DNA of 64,000 nucleotides from Chiloscyllium plagiosum (GCF_004010195.1 NC_057720.1:21055943-21119942); one strand, 5' to 3'; positions 13,181 through 26,470 are shown, numbered from the stretch's first letter. The notes: a model not told the origin generated them from the letters alone. Translations and numbers: made by a program.

Positions 13181-14049
13181 CACACGCAAAGGAGACCATC
13201 AGGATGAGGGCAGCGTTGGGGACATTCTTCCCCCTACATTATCCAGAGTTTTATCCAAGATGTCCCTGCAGACACCCATCCATCTTAGACCTCCAGGTGA
13301 AGTGGAAGATGGCTTGGGTGACTGCAATGGCACAAGTTTCAGGGAATGGGCCAGACCTGCACCACATACAACACCAGAGTGCCTCATACCTGATGACCAG
13401 GTTTTTACCTGCAAAGGAGAGGGAGTGGTGTTCCCAAAAGCCCAGTTTCTGCTTCACCTTGACAATGTGCCCCTCCCATGTTTTTGCACATGACCTGGCT
13501 CCTCCGAACCACATTCCCAGCACCTTCAGGTAACCTGTCCAGATGGTGATGGGGATAAAGGATTGGTCGGCCCAGTTCCCAAAGGCTTTGCTTTTGCCTC
13601 AGTTTATCTTGGCTCCAGAGACCAGTTCGCACTGCTCGCAGATGCTTATGAATCTATGCACTGACAGCGGATCCGAGCAGAAAATGGTGACATCATCCAT
13701 GTACAGGGAGGCTTTGACCTGCAGGCCTCCTCTGCCTGGAATAGTCACCCCTCTCAGGCTCACATCCTTCCTGATGGCCTCAGAAAAGGATCTACACAAC
13801 ACACAAACAAGGCAGGAGAGAGTGGGCAGCCATGCCTGATTCCAGATCCGATTGGGAAGCTTTCTGATTCACACGCATTGATTGTGATTGCACTAACAAT
13901 GTTGGTGCAGAGCAGTCAGATCCAATTGCAGATTTCCTCCCCAAAGCCCATTTTGGAGAGCACGTCCAAAATGTAGGGGTGCGATATCCTGTCACAGGCC
14001 TTCTCCTGGTGCAGGCTGAGGCAGGTGAAATACCGTGTTCCATATCAAT

Positions 14050-14545
14050 ACTCTCCCAGACCTTGAGATCATCACTGGATCGTGATTGTGAGTGGAACTT
14101 GGAGAATCGTTTGTTGAGTTGATGTCAGATTTACTGTCACTGCTGGCTTGGTGACTTCTAGACTTCATCAAGCTGCTGCTTCACATTGGATCTGGAAGAT
14201 TTCATACTCCGTTATGGCATCCTCATTTCCTTTATCGTGAGTGCTGCTCTGAAATACCATATCAGCAGTGTATATCCATTCCCCTTGCTTGTATGTCACA
14301 TCCAGATAATATCTCTGTAACTGGAGGAACATTCTTTACAGATGTGTTGGAGTAGACAGGAGCAGTTTGAGAAAAATACTTTGAAGAGGCTTGTAGTCAG
14401 ACCCGACTGTCACTTTGTCTTTTCCAAGTAAGTATTAATGAGAAAGTTCACAACTACAGCCACTCCTTCTTGACCTGAGTGTACTGACGTTCCATTTGCA
14501 TTGTGAGTCTGGATATGAATGCATCCAGTTAACCTTGTTGCATGA
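14050..14545 (-). mobile_element. Gypsy LTR retrotransposon RNase H fragment
   Basis: Minus-strand reading YLLGKDKVTVGSDYKPLQSIFLK...RMFLQLQRYYLDVTYKQG..IYTAD matches the Gypsy RNase H DHKPL...AD motifs. Confidence 0.8.
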
Positions 14546-15029
14546 GAGATTTCCTTCATTATTTATATCAGATGTAAATGTCACTGGCAAGGCTGACACT
14601 GTCATCATCTTTAGGTTCCCTTGAACTGATTGGTTCTCTAGATCATTTCAGAGGGCAGTTAAAAGTCAACCACATATGGGCGTATCTGGAGTCACATATG
14701 GGCCAGACAAGGAAAAGAAATATGCCATCCTTACCATTAGGACATTAGTGAGGCAGGTAGGTTTTTATGCCAATCAATAGTGGTTACATAGTGGCCAATA
14801 GATTAGCTTTTTGTTTCAGTTTCAGGTTTTTGTTGAATTCAGATTTCACCATCTGATGGTAGGATTCAGACCCACATTCCCAGAGTAGCTGTGGGTTACA
14901 TTCAGCTTCACTTACCATTAACCAATCATCACGTCTAGGAGAATGAAGACCTTTGCTGTTAAAAGTTGTGATGACATTCCGTTGATGGTTGGCACGGGCA
15001 GTGAGATCTCTTTTGTTAGATCAATGCAG

Positions 15030-16262
15030 ACTCTCCAAGATGGCGGCTACGTAGCAGCACAATCAGCCCAGGAGCCTGCAGTTCAGTCTGCTCTGTCTGC
15101 CTTACTTTTATTTGCTTTCCATAACTTTTTTTTAACATTTCAATTTATTATGGTGCCTTTCCTTTTTTAAACAACTTTGGAGGGAGGCGTCTTTTCCCAG
15201 CCCAGGCTCAGCAACGTGGTAGTTTCCAGTAGCCTGGAATGGCATCTGGCAGGGCGGTCTCATCCAGGAGGTGTGATCTCAGCCTGGTGTGACAGTCTCA
15301 GCTTGGCTCTGCACGGTGATCCTGGCCCAGCGTGGTGTGGTGGTCTCAGCCCAATAGGGCAGTCTCAGCCTGGCCATGTGTGATGGTCTCAGATGGTGGG
15401 GCAGTCTCAGCCTGGCCGTGCGGGGTGTGGTGGTCTCAGCCCAGTGGGGCAGTCTCAGCCCGGCCGTGCGGGGTGTGGTGGTCTCAGCCCAGTGGGGCAC
15501 TCTCAGCCCAGCCCTGCATGGTAAGGTGGTCTCAGCCCAGTGGGGCAGTCTCAGCCTGGCCTTGCGTGGTGTGGTGGTCTCAGCCCAGTGGGGCAGTCTC
15601 AGCCTGGCACTGTGTGGTGTGGTGGTCTCAGCCCAGTGGGGCAGTCTCAGCCTGGCCTTGCGTGGTGTGGTGGTCTCAGCCCAGCCGTGCGGGGTGGTTT
15701 CAGCCCTGTGTGGTGGTCTTGGCCCAGTGGGGCAGTCTCAGCCTGGCCATGTATGGTGGTCTCAGCCCGGTGAGGCATTCTCAGCCTGGCCCTGCATGAT
15801 GGTCTCGGCCCAGTGGGGCAGGCTCAGCCCGGCCGAGCGTGGTGGTCTCAGCCTGGTGAGGCATTCTCAGCCCGGCCCTGCATGATGGTCTCGGCCCAGT
15901 GGGGCAGGCTCAGCCCGGCCCAGCGTGGTAGTCTCGGCCCGGTGAGGCATTCTCAGCCTGGCCCAGCGTGGTGGTCTCGGCCCAGTGGGGCAGTCTCTGC
16001 CCAGCCCAGCGTGGTGGTCTCGGCCCAGTGGGGCAGTCTCAGCCCGGCCCAGTGTGGTGGTCTCGGCCCAGTGGGGCAGTGTCAGCCTGGCCCAGCGTGG
16101 TGGTCTCGGCCTTGTTTTCCAACATACCCTGAAACCAGGAGCCGTTAATTGAACTGTGATGAACTGTTACTTTTTTTTCTTCAGTCATTAATTTAGGCAG
16201 CGTGGAATGGAAAGTTATAAAAGTTTGCACTGTATGTTTGTAAAAATACACCTGACAATAAA
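15030..16262 (+). mobile_element. Non-autonomous element with internal GC-rich minisatellite
   Basis: 5' ccaagatggcggc head and 3' ...actgta..aaatacacctgacaataaa end resembling the Rex1-like ends in this window. Inserted in the Gypsy remnant. Confidence 0.5.
15275..16111. repeat. GC-rich minisatellite, ~43-49 bp dimeric unit
   Basis: Repeats of gtggtggtctcagcccagtggggcagtctcagcctggcc(N). Accounts for the repetitive ORFs at 15279-16251. Confidence 0.92.
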
Positions 16263-16264
16263 TT

Positions 16265-17960
16265 GCTAATGTCCTAACTCTTCTAACTTTCCAGGTTGTT
16301 GCACTGCTACCATGCTGCTAATCCAATCTGAATGAGTTATCACTTTCAGAATTATTCCCTTCTTTTACAGCTCACCGACCTTGCCTTTCAGGTTGGCCTT
16401 GAGGGCAGCTGGAACTCTCCTTGGCAGATGCTAAATTAGTCTCACACTCTCTTCTATGTTGCAATGACATTCTCCAGGAAGACATCCTGAACTTGTAACG
16501 GCATTCTACTCCTCTAGGATCCGTTCTCTGCTCAATGGTGTAGTGCGGTGACAAATTCCAAATCTCTTTTGGCATCTTGAGGGTTACTGGTCCATGCTTT
16601 AGACTAAGATGAATATCTTTTGCCTGCCATCTATGATGTGAAATTCCAAATCTTTGTTATTGCCATTATATTGTGCTCACAAAATAATCTGTCCTTTTGG
16701 TAAACGTACAGTGCTATCATATCCTATCATATAGCCTTTACCTTGCTTTTGATGGCTTCATTTTTGGATGATCCTTTTGGATGAACCACTTTGCACACTG
16801 TGAAGGTCATGAAACTGCATGATGCATGAGCCTCTATCTTACACTTTATGTTGCCCTTATATTCTCCTTCTGCAGTTGTCATTCTAACAATCACAAACAG
16901 TTGATAATCTAGCAAGCTGATCGAATCTGTTTCATGGTGTAGTGTCTTCAGCCAATATCTGTCTAGTGCCCATCTATACCTGCTTGATGTGCTTCCGACT
17001 GGCCATACACTTATTCAGTTTCTTGCTATGAGACCACTGTTTGCCCCCCCTGGATGTGCCTTCTGTGCCTTTCTATGACATCATTTGCAGTATTTGCATC
17101 CTGTCCTTTGACTGGGATTGTTCTGCCCTTTTCGCTTGGAATGTCTATCAGCACTACTCTGAAAGCTGTGATCTCAAATAAACCTGTGGGACTATAACCT
17201 GGTTTCATGTGATTTCTGACTTTATCCACCCCATGTCCAACACTGGCACTTCCACATCGTGGCTAACATTGAAGTCACCACTCTTCAAGCGCCGTCTTTC
17301 GTTGCTGAGCCAACTCTGCTTCACCCACTGCTTCGCCCTGTGCTGAACTCTTCAATTTCAGAGCCACCTCTCTCACCGGTGGACGCACCTTGATGCCGCT
17401 GTGATACCCTTCCGTCACTGCTGCACCGTCGCCAGCGCTGGAGCTAACCAACCACGAAGTTGGCGATCCTCAGGTGCCATCAAGTTTCTCCTCTCTCAGT
17501 AGATGTGTTTTTACTGTGGACTCGCTCATGCCTAATGCAATCCAATCTTTAATAAGAATGTCTTTTAATTGCACAAGTTCACAGCATTCTAGGAATTGTG
17601 TTAATGCAGCCACATATTGATCAATGGGCCCTCTTTCATCAGAGGCCCTAATATTGACCATGTACCATTTGGGGATCAGTGTGTGCCTTTGAGGCTTTCA
17701 AACTTTCTGCAGGTTTATTTTTTACTGAGGAAAGATTTTGTGTGGGACACATTTAAATCACTTTCTCCCCAACGCTGATAATATCTAACTGCTCATATCT
17801 GCTCTGACTTATTAAGTAAATCTATTGCATTTTTGTTGATAAAATTGTCAGTCTGTTTCATATCCTTTTTCATTTCAACTGGCATGGGAGAGGAGAAGTT
17901 GCAGCCAGTGTATCTTGCCTAGTCTTTCAGTTGTGGCTTGCCCTTTGTCCAGGTTTTGAC
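16265..17960 (-). mobile_element. Gypsy (Mag-like) gag/protease/RT remnants
   Basis: YVAALTQFLECCE..LKDILIKDWIALGM..VKTHLLREEKL is gag-like; IKCKIEAHASC is a decayed protease site. Collinear with the RNase H piece at 14050. Confidence 0.65.
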
Positions 17961-18047
17961 TTCCGATGGTTTTTAGCAGTGTTTCAGCAGACCTGAACAT
18001 TCCTATGTTCGCCTTTTTGTAACTATACTTCTAGACAGCCCTCCATA

Positions 18048-20420
18048 GAATCATAGAGCCATCAAGTTGTACAGCACAGAAACAGTTCCTTCGGTCCAAC
18101 TCGTTCATGCTGACCAGATATCCTAAATTAATCTAGTCTCATTTGCCAGTATGGTCCACATCTCACTAAACCTTCTTATTCATATAACCATCCGGATACC
18201 TTTTAAATATTGTAATTGTACCAGCCGCCACCACTTCCTCTGGAAGCTTGTTTCAGACATACACCACCCTCTGTCTGAAAACGTTGCCCCTTAGGTCTCT
18301 TTTAAATCTTTTTCATCTCTCCTTAAACCTGTGCCCTCTAGTTTTAGACTCCCCTATTCTGGGGAAAAGACTTTGGCTATTCACCCTGAGCATGCCCCTC
18401 ATGATTTAATAAACTTCTGTAAGGTCACCTCTCAGCCTCTGATGCTCCAGGGAAAATAGCCCCAGCCTATTCAGCCAATCCCTATAGCTCAAATCCTCCT
18501 TCCCTGGCAACATCCTTGTAAATCTTTTCTGCACCCCTTCAAGTTTCACAATATTCTTTCTATAGCAGGGAAACCAGAATTGCTCGCAGTATTCCAAAAG
18601 TGGCCTAATCAATGTCCTGTACAACTGCAACTTGACCTCCCAACTCTTATACTCAATACTCTGACCAATAAAGGCAAGCATACCAAATGCCTTTTCCACT
18701 ATCCTTCTACCTGTGATTCCACTTTCAAGGAGCTATGAACCTGCACTCCGAGATCTTTTTGTTCAGCAACACTCCCTAGGACTTTACCATTAAGTGAATA
18801 GATCCTGCCCTGATTTGCCTTTCCAAAATGCAGCACCTCCCATTTATCTGAATTAAACTCCATCTATCACTTCTCAGCACATTGTCCCAAGATCCCGTTC
18901 TACTTTGAGGTAACCTTCTTCGCTGTCCACTACACCTCCAATTTTGGTGTCATCTGCAAACTTACTAACTACTCCTCCTAGGTTTATGTCCAAGTCATTT
19001 ACATAAATGACAAAAAGCATTGGTCCCAGCACTGATCCTTGTGGCACATCGCTGGTCACAGGCCTCCAGTATGAAAAGCAACCCTCCACCACCACACTCT
19101 GTCTTCTACCTTTGAGCCAGTTCTGTATCCAAATGGCTAGTTCTCCCTGTATTCCATGAGATCTAACCTTGCTAACCAGTCTCCCATGGGGAACCTTGTC
19201 GAACACCTTACTGAAGTCCATATAGATCATGTCCACTGCTCTGTCCTCATCAATCCTCTTTGGTTACTTCTTCAAAAAACTCAATCAAGTTTGTGAGACA
19301 TGATTTCCCACGCACAAAGCCATGTTGACTATCCTAATCAGTCCTTGCCTTTCCAAATACATGTACATCCTGCCCCTCAGGATTCCCTCCAACAACTTGC
19401 CTCCCACCAATGTCAGGCTCACTGGTCTATAGTTCCCTGGCTTGTCCTTACCACCCTTCTTAAACCGTGGCACCATGTTAGCCAACCTCCAGTCTTCCGG
19501 CACCTCACCAGTGACTATCGATGATACAAATATATCAGCAAGAGGCCCAGCAATCACTTCCCTAAGTTTCCACAGAGTTCTAGGGTACACCTGATCAGGT
19601 CCTGGGGATTTTCAAGACATCCAGCACTTCCTCCTCTGTAATATGGACATTTTTCAAGATGTCACCATCTATTTCCCTACATTCTATATCTCCCATGTCC
19701 TTTTCCACAGCAAATACTGTTGCAAAATACTCATTTAGTATCTCTCCCCCATTATCTGCGGCTCCACACAAAGGCCGCCTTGCTGAATAGGGGCCCTATT
19801 CTCTCCCTAATTGCCCTTTTGTTCTTAATATATTTGTAAAAACTCTTTGTATTCTCATTCACCCTATTTGCCAAAGCTACTTCGTGTTCCCTTTTTGCCC
19901 TCCTGATTTCCCTCTTACATATACTCTTACTACCTTCTAGGGATTCACTTGACATTTACTTCCTTCTTATTCTTGACCAAAACCTCAAATTCTTTAGTCA
20001 TCCAGCATTCCCTATACCTACCAGCCCTAATAGGAACATACTGTCTCTGGACTCTCGTTATCTCATTTCTGACGGATTCACATTTTCTAGTCATCCCTTA
20101 ACCTGCGAACATCTGGCCCCAATCAACTTTTGAAAGTTCTTGCCCAATACTGTCAAAATTGGTGTTAACTTTTAGATCTGGTCTGTCCTTTTCCACCTCT
20201 ATTTTAAAACTTATAGAATTATGGTCACTGTGCTCCTCCACTGACACCTCAGTCACCTCTCTGTTTTCCTTCCCAATAGTGAAGTCAAGTTTTGCACCTT
20301 CTCCAGTAGGTGCATCCACATTCTGCATCAGAAAATGTTCTTGTACACAGTTAACAAATTCTTCTCCATCCAAGCCCTTAATACTATGGCAGTCCCAGTC
20401 TACGTTTGGAAAGTTAATCA
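18048..20420 (-). mobile_element. CR1 LINE, ORF2 endonuclease end through 3' UTR
   Basis: NFPNVDW, SDHNSISF, PGNYRPVSLT, YMDFSKVFDKVPH, VPQGSVLGP, KFADDTK and YRTLIRPLLEYC, with frameshifts. (tctatga)n-type tail. Confidence 0.93.
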
Positions 20421-20689
20421 TCAGATCATGCAGTACAGAAGAGGCCTTTTGGCTTATTGAGTCAAAATAATGCTAAATCTATACTAGTCCTATTTTCCAG
20501 CAGTAATGCACATTCAAGTAATTTTTTTAAAAGTTCTAAATCCCAGCTCATTCTGACATTGTTACAAGTTCTCTCAAGACCAATGTTGCTTGCAATGAGT
20601 ATTTATTGAACAGGCCCTAAAATGGATATCTGCATTGAGTGTACCTCATATTAAACTTCACATGACTACAGAAAGCTGGTGTCACCTGA

Positions 20690-21390
20690 GGATAGAGTCA
20701 TAGAGTCACAGAGATGTACAACACAGAAACATGTTTGGTCCAACCCGTCCATGTGATCAAATATCCCAACCCAATCTAATCCCACCTGCCAGCACCTTGT
20801 CCAAATCCCTCCAAACCCTTCTTATTCATATACCCTTCCAGATGCCTTTTAAATGTTGCAATTGTACTAGGCTTCACCACTTCCTCTGGCAGCTCATTCC
20901 ATACACGTACCACCTTCTGAGTGAAAAAGTTGCACCTTAGGTCTCTTTTATATCTTTCCCCTCTCATCTTAAACCTATGCCCTCTAGTTCTGGACTCCCC
21001 CCCACCTCAGGGAAAAGACTTTATCTATTTATCCTATCTATGCCCCTCATGATTTTATAAACCTCTACAAGGTCACCCCTCAGCCTCTGATGCTCCAGGG
21101 AAAACAGCTCTAGCCTATTCAGCCTCTCCCTGTAGCTTCAGTCCTCCAACCCTGGCAACATCCTTGTCAATCTTTTCTGAACCCTTTCAAGTTTCACAAC
21201 ATCTTTCCGGTAGGAAGGAGACCAGAACTGCACGCAATATTCCAACAGTGGCCTAACCAATGTCCTGTACAGTCGCAACATGACCTCCCAACTTCTGCAC
21301 TCAATACTCTGACCACTAAAGGACAGAATACCAAACGTCTTCTTCACTATCCTATCTACCTGTAACTCCACTCTCAAGGAGCAGGAACCT
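20690..21390 (-). mobile_element. CR1 3' fragment
   Basis: LYRTLVRPLLEYCVQFWSP; FFTQKVVRVWNELP. Confidence 0.9.
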
Positions 21391-22169
21391 ATAGTGTTGC
21401 ATTTCTATCTCAAACACTCTCACAACTTGTGAAAGTATAGGGATAACCCTTTAACAGCTGTAGAAATTCTGACTTACCCAGTGTAACACATCATGGGTGA
21501 AAATAATTAATTATAGTTTAAAAATGTCACCCACTGTTTGATACATTTTACACTAGTACATTAGTTTCCCATCTGTTGGATTTGTAAATTGTCCTGCTGA
21601 GCGTAGGTGGATGGTATTGGGTACAGTCTAATTCCAAGAGCATTTATAATTACTACAAATTAAATGAACACTGTGGTCTGTTCATACCTAAGATAGAATA
21701 TATACAGTTCAAAGGGCAAACATCAGATTTAGATGTGAGATCTGTGCCCCTCACTGTCATTCTCCCATTGATAAGAGAATAAACATTGGCCACAACATTG
21801 AAAAATGTCTGTTTTTGTTTCCCTTTGAAATCCTGTTGCTGTGGCATTATTACATCCACCTAAGAGTTCATTTACAGTGCAGCGAGAGATTCAATTTCAC
21901 ACCAATCGCTGGAGGGGGGGGGTCTCATTGGAGCCCTAAGATAGTCCTATTTTCCTGGGCATGAATGTCCCATTACACGGGAAACATCTTACTGCAGCGT
22001 TTCCATTTGTTTCAATGTAACAGCATTCTGAAAGGTTTGTTACAATCTTGCTGCCTTTTCCCACAAATAAACTTCTCTTGTTGGTGAAGGAGTATTCCAG
22101 ACTTTGTGTTTTTTTTTACGTTTTATGAAATTTAGATTCGGGTTCCCCTAATGGACAATACTTTCTCTC

Positions 22170-22296
22170 TCCCCCCGGCCAGTCCCACAGTATAAACAGC
22201 GGCTGCAGCTGCCCCGCCTCGCCGCCTGTCAGTGCCTGGAGCCCGGCCAGCGGAAGGAAGCTGAAGCCTCCACCCCCGGAACTCGCTCCACGCTCC
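22170..22296 (+). promoter_or_regulatory. Probable RWDD3 proximal promoter/5' UTR
   Basis: Short GC/CpG-rich island just before the ATG. TATAAA at 22191, GC-box-like CCCCGCC at 22212, ETS-like CGGAAG at 22251. Confidence 0.55.
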
Positions 22297-22369
22297 ATGG
22301 CTGCACAGGAGGAAGTGGCTGCTTTGGGAGCCATTTATAGCGAAGATTTCCAGCTTCTGTCTGAATCAG
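22297..22369 (+). CDS. RWDD3: RWD domain-containing protein 3 (RSUME), coding exon 1
   Basis: ATG at 22297 gives MAAQEEVAALGAIYSEDFQLLSES, matching the RWD N-terminal 'QEE..L.AIY/F' motif. GT donor at 22370 (phase 1). GC-rich upstream context. Confidence 0.9.
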
Positions 22370-22399
22370 GTGAAGATTTGCAGCTCTGCGGGATCTGGG

Positions 22400-22550
22400 G
22401 GTTCAGTTGCTGCAGATCAGATGTGATATCTCAGAGCCTGCACCTCCTGATCCCCCAGTGAGATTCCTGCAGCTCAGACACTTAGACCCTGGATCTCCTG
22501 ATCCCTTAGTGAGATTCCTGCAGCTCAGACAGATAGACCCTAGATCATCT
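22400..22550. repeat. ~50-bp tandem repeat in RWDD3 intron 1, left part
   Basis: agtgagattcctgcagctcagacac..agaccctggatctcctgatccc repeated about 2-3 times. Resumes at 23872. Confidence 0.8.
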
Positions 22551-22894
22551 GGCCCCTGTTAAATCTTTCTGCTCTCATCTAGTTTCAAATTCCCCCCCAC
22601 CTGAGGGAAAAGAACCTTTACTATTGACCTGGAGAGATTTGATGGGGGTCAAAACAATGGCTGTAGTCTTCTTAACAATTAATTGATGAAAATTTCATTT
22701 CATCTTGAACTGAATGTTGAACATGAAGTGTGACAGTGAACAGGCCAACAGAGATATGGTTTGATAATATTCATGTTGAACTTGATGTTGTTACTGAATG
22801 TATACAAGAAATGAAAGGTGATTCAGGCAGGCAGTAAACTGTAGCCCATGTACATTTGGTTATATAACTTAAAGGACATCAATCCACAACAAGT

Positions 22895-23465
22895 CTGGGA
22901 GAGGAGGATGGTGGTGGAGGGTTACTCTTCAGATTGGAGGCTTGTGACCAGCGGTGTGCCACTGGCTTAGTGCTGGGTCCAATGCTTTTTGTCGTTCATA
23001 TAAGATGTGAACATAAGAGGTATAGTTAGTAAGTTTGCAGATGACACTAAAATTGGAGGTGTAGTGTACAGTGATGAAGGTTACCTCAGAGTACAATGGG
23101 ATCTTGATCAGATGGGCCAATGGGTTGAAGAGTGGCAGATGGAGTTAATTTAGATAAATGTGAGTTGCTGCATTTTGGAAAGGCAAATCAGGGTATGACC
23201 TTTACACTTAATGGTAAGGTCCTTGGGAGTGTTGCTGAACAAAGAGACCTTGGAGTGCAGGTTTATAGTTCCTTAAAAGTGGAGTCACAGGTAGATAGGA
23301 TAATGAAGAAGGCATTTGATACGCTTATTTTTATTGGTCAGTGCATTGAGTACTGGAGTTGGTCATGTTGTGGCTGTACAGATCATTGGTTTGGTGTTTT
23401 TGGAGTATTGCCTGTAATTCTGGTTTCCCTCCTATAGGAAGGGTGTCGTGAAACTTGAAAGGTGG
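22895..23465 (+). mobile_element. CR1 RT fragment
   Basis: agtaagtttgcagatgacactaaa (SKFADDTK); DKCELLHFGK; RDLGVQV. Confidence 0.85.
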
Positions 23466-23529
23466 TCTCTGGCTATTGAACTTCTGGTTAGTTACTTTAA
23501 CAAAACCATTCATTATTTCAAATACTTTG

Positions 23530-23872
23530 GGGTGGCACAGTGGCTCAATGATTAGCACCGCTGCCTCACGGTGCCAGGGACCCGGGTTTGATTCCAGCCT
23601 CGGGCAATTGTCTGTGTGGAGTTTGCACATTCTCTCCGTTTTTACGTGGGTTTCCTCCGGGTGTTCTGATTTCTTCCCACAATCCACAGATGTGCAGGTT
23701 AGGTGAATTGGCAATGCTAAATTGCCCATAGTGTTCAGGGATATGTAGGTTAGGTGTGTTAGTCCAGGGTAAATGGAGGGGAATGGGTCTGGGTGGGTTG
23801 ATATTTTGAGGGTCAGTATGGACCTGTTTGGCTAAAGGGCCTGTTTCCACACAGTAGGGATTCTATGATTCT
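23530..23872 (+). mobile_element. HE1/V-SINE-type SINE
   Basis: tRNA head, V-domain and CR1-derived tail ...gggcctgtttccacac..ggattctatgattct. Confidence 0.88.
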
Positions 23873-24105
23873 CAGTGAGATTCCTGCTCAGACACATAGA
23901 CCCTAGATCAGCTGATGCCTTAGTGATATTCCTTCAGCTCAGACACATGGTTTCAGGATCTCCTGACCCTTCAGTGAGATTCCTGCAGCTCAGACACAGA
24001 CACTGGATCTCCTGATCTCTCAATGAGATTCCTGCCGCTCAGACGTGGAAATCCTGGAGCTCCTACTCCCCCATGAAACTCCTGTATTTCCGACAGCTCA
24101 GACAT
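23872..24105. repeat. ~50-bp tandem repeat in RWDD3 intron 1, right part
   Basis: About 4-5 more copies of the unit seen at 22400. Confidence 0.8.
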
Positions 24106-25548
24106 GGAATTATCGAATTGTTGTAAAATACAGATGGCCATTCAGCCTGCCATGTTGGTACTGATTTTCTGCAAGGGTGACTCAGTTAGTTACACACCTT
24201 TGTCCTTGCGTTGAAGTGATTAACAAATGTAGTTAATATGATATGGTGCAAAACCCCTTTTCGTATAAGTGGTTCAGGTCTGGAATGTATTGCCTGGTAA
24301 TGTGGTGGAGGCAGTCGATTGAGGCATTTAAGAGGGCGTTTCAAGCAAATAGTACCATATTTGCTTGAAACAATTTGTAAAGAATTGGGGAAAAGGCAGA
24401 GAGAAATATGGTACTAAGTGATAATCCTCATTGGAGAGTCTGTGTGGGCACCATGGCAAGTTCTAAGGAAGGGACACCACACTCAAAACATTAACTCTGA
24501 TTTCTCTCCTCAGATGCTGCCAGACCTGCTGAGCTCTTCCAGCAATTTCTGTTTTTGTTTCTGATTTTCAGCATCTGCAGTTCTTTTGGTTAATTTTTAC
24601 AATGGGAACCGTGGCCCCCTTCTGCATCGTAACAAGTTTGTGATTCTGAGAGTTACCCAATTTTCTTTCCCAAGCCACAAACTGAATCTGCTTCCGGGAC
24701 TCAGCATCTTCCAGATCATAACTGCTCACGGAAAAATGTTTTTTTCCCAAAGGTTACCATTGCTTCTTTTGCTATAAATAAATAAAAGCAAAATTCTGGA
24801 AATGGTCATCAATTTTCTTCAGAATTGTGAACATTATCTGCAGGATTGCTGACCAATTGCAAATCCATCTGTTGGATTCCTCATCCAAAAAATAAGCAGG
24901 AATGAACTTGCGTTTATGTATCACCTTCCACCACCTCAGATCACCCATCTCTGGTGCTGGTGTTGCTTTAGCCCTCCATCACCTGCACAGTTAATTTGGT
25001 GTCAGTGTTTCTAGATTAGTGCCATCACCAATTTCAGAGTATTAATCAAATCTTTGTGCCTTCTGGCTGGAATGATAACTTTCAAATGCAGTTAGTATGA
25101 GTCTTGGCTCAGTGATAGCACTCTCATCTTTTGATTAAGTAAGATTTGAGGTCAACGCACAGACCTCCGGCCGGAGCACAGTGTTGAAAATTGCACTTCA
25201 TTGCAATACTGTGGGAAGTGCTATATTGTTGTAGGTGCTGGCATTTGAATAAAAGATGTGAAATTGCTCTCTCGGGTGGGTTCCATGACACCGTCTGAAG
25301 TTTTTTAGGAATCTTAGCACCCAGGTATCCCTCAGCCAGCTTGGCTAGAGGCAGACAGTGAGGTAGTATAAGACAAATTTTGTTTTTGGGATCTTATTGT
25401 GCATGCCCACACAGCATTTCCTTGCAATACTATAGTGACTAAAACTGAATGCACTTCCTTGACAATGAAACACTTTTGTGATCCATCTGAAGGTAATGAA
25501 AAATGTTTTAAAAAGGCATGTTGGTAGCTGTTAGTAGTTATTTTGAGG

Positions 25549-25880
25549 ATGGCATAGTGGCTCAGTGTCAGCACTGTTGCCTCACAGTGCCAGGGACCCT
25601 GGTTCAATCTCAGCCTCGTGTGACTGTGTGGGGTTTGCACATTATCCACGCGTGTCTGCGTGGATCTCCTCTGGTGCTCTGGTTTCCTCCCACAGTCCAA
25701 AGATGTGCAGGTTAGGTGGATTGGCCATGCTAAATTAGTTGTAGTGTGTGAGGATGTGAAGGCTAGGTAGATTAGCTATGTGAAATGCAGAGTTATGGGG
25801 ATGTGGTGGGATGCTTTTCAGAGGGTCAGTGTCATTCAGTGGGTTGAATGGTCTGCTTCCAAACTCTATGGATTCTATAA
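25549..25880 (+). mobile_element. HE1/V-SINE-type SINE
   Basis: ggcatagtggctcagtgtcagcactgttgcctcacagtgccagggacc...cccacagtccaaagatgtgcaggttagg. Confidence 0.85.
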
Positions 25881-26470
25881 TTAGTACATATTTCAAGTTG
25901 GTGATATTAACAGATCTTTGTATTCTAATTTAGAATTTAAATGCATCAGTGAAACATCAATACTGGGACAACCCAGTTAATCAGTGATATATTTGCAAAT
26001 ACGACAGGCTGCCTGGTCTTTTAGGTTTGAATTATCGAGGGTTTATGGCTCCACATTTTCTTTGAGCTATAGGTTGACTATCTTTGATCATTGGGTCTGT
26101 CTTTGTGCAGTTGAGCATGTTTATGACAGTGGGTTAAAGATACGTGTTTCTGTCTGGGTTTAGGATGTGCTGAAAAAGTTGTAAACTTTTAAAAAGTTAC
26201 ATTTATTTTGGCCTTGTTTTTTGTCGGAATCCTAAGATAGGCTGTCGTGATTGCTTGCGTGATTAATTATTACAAAAACTCCGTTAGCAATCCATCAGCA
26301 AGTGCAATGGAGGAAGTAGCTGACCTGAGACAGATTTTGCAAAGCAACTTAATTTTTATTATACTGAGAATTCAGTGCTGACTTTAATTCACTAAACTAT
26401 GATGTGTTTGTGGAAACGTTACAATCTCAATGCTAACTCTGCAATGTTGAATTTATTTGATGTGTTACAG

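Larger units (their letters stand above)
11221..14045 (-). mobile_element. L1/Tx1-clade LINE 3' portion with nested insertions
   Basis: RT segment ...LRGVTIPGRGGLQVKASLYMDDVTIF...SGAKIN. Minus-strand AATAAA/A-rich tail at ~11221-11250. Interrupted by a SINE, a PLE end and Rex1-like pieces. Confidence 0.8.

Noticed and set aside
15279..16251. Repetitive ORFs (VWWSQPSGAVSA...) and a CRISPR-like appearance
   Set aside because: Translation of a minisatellite. There are no unique spacers or cas genes, and the context is eukaryotic.
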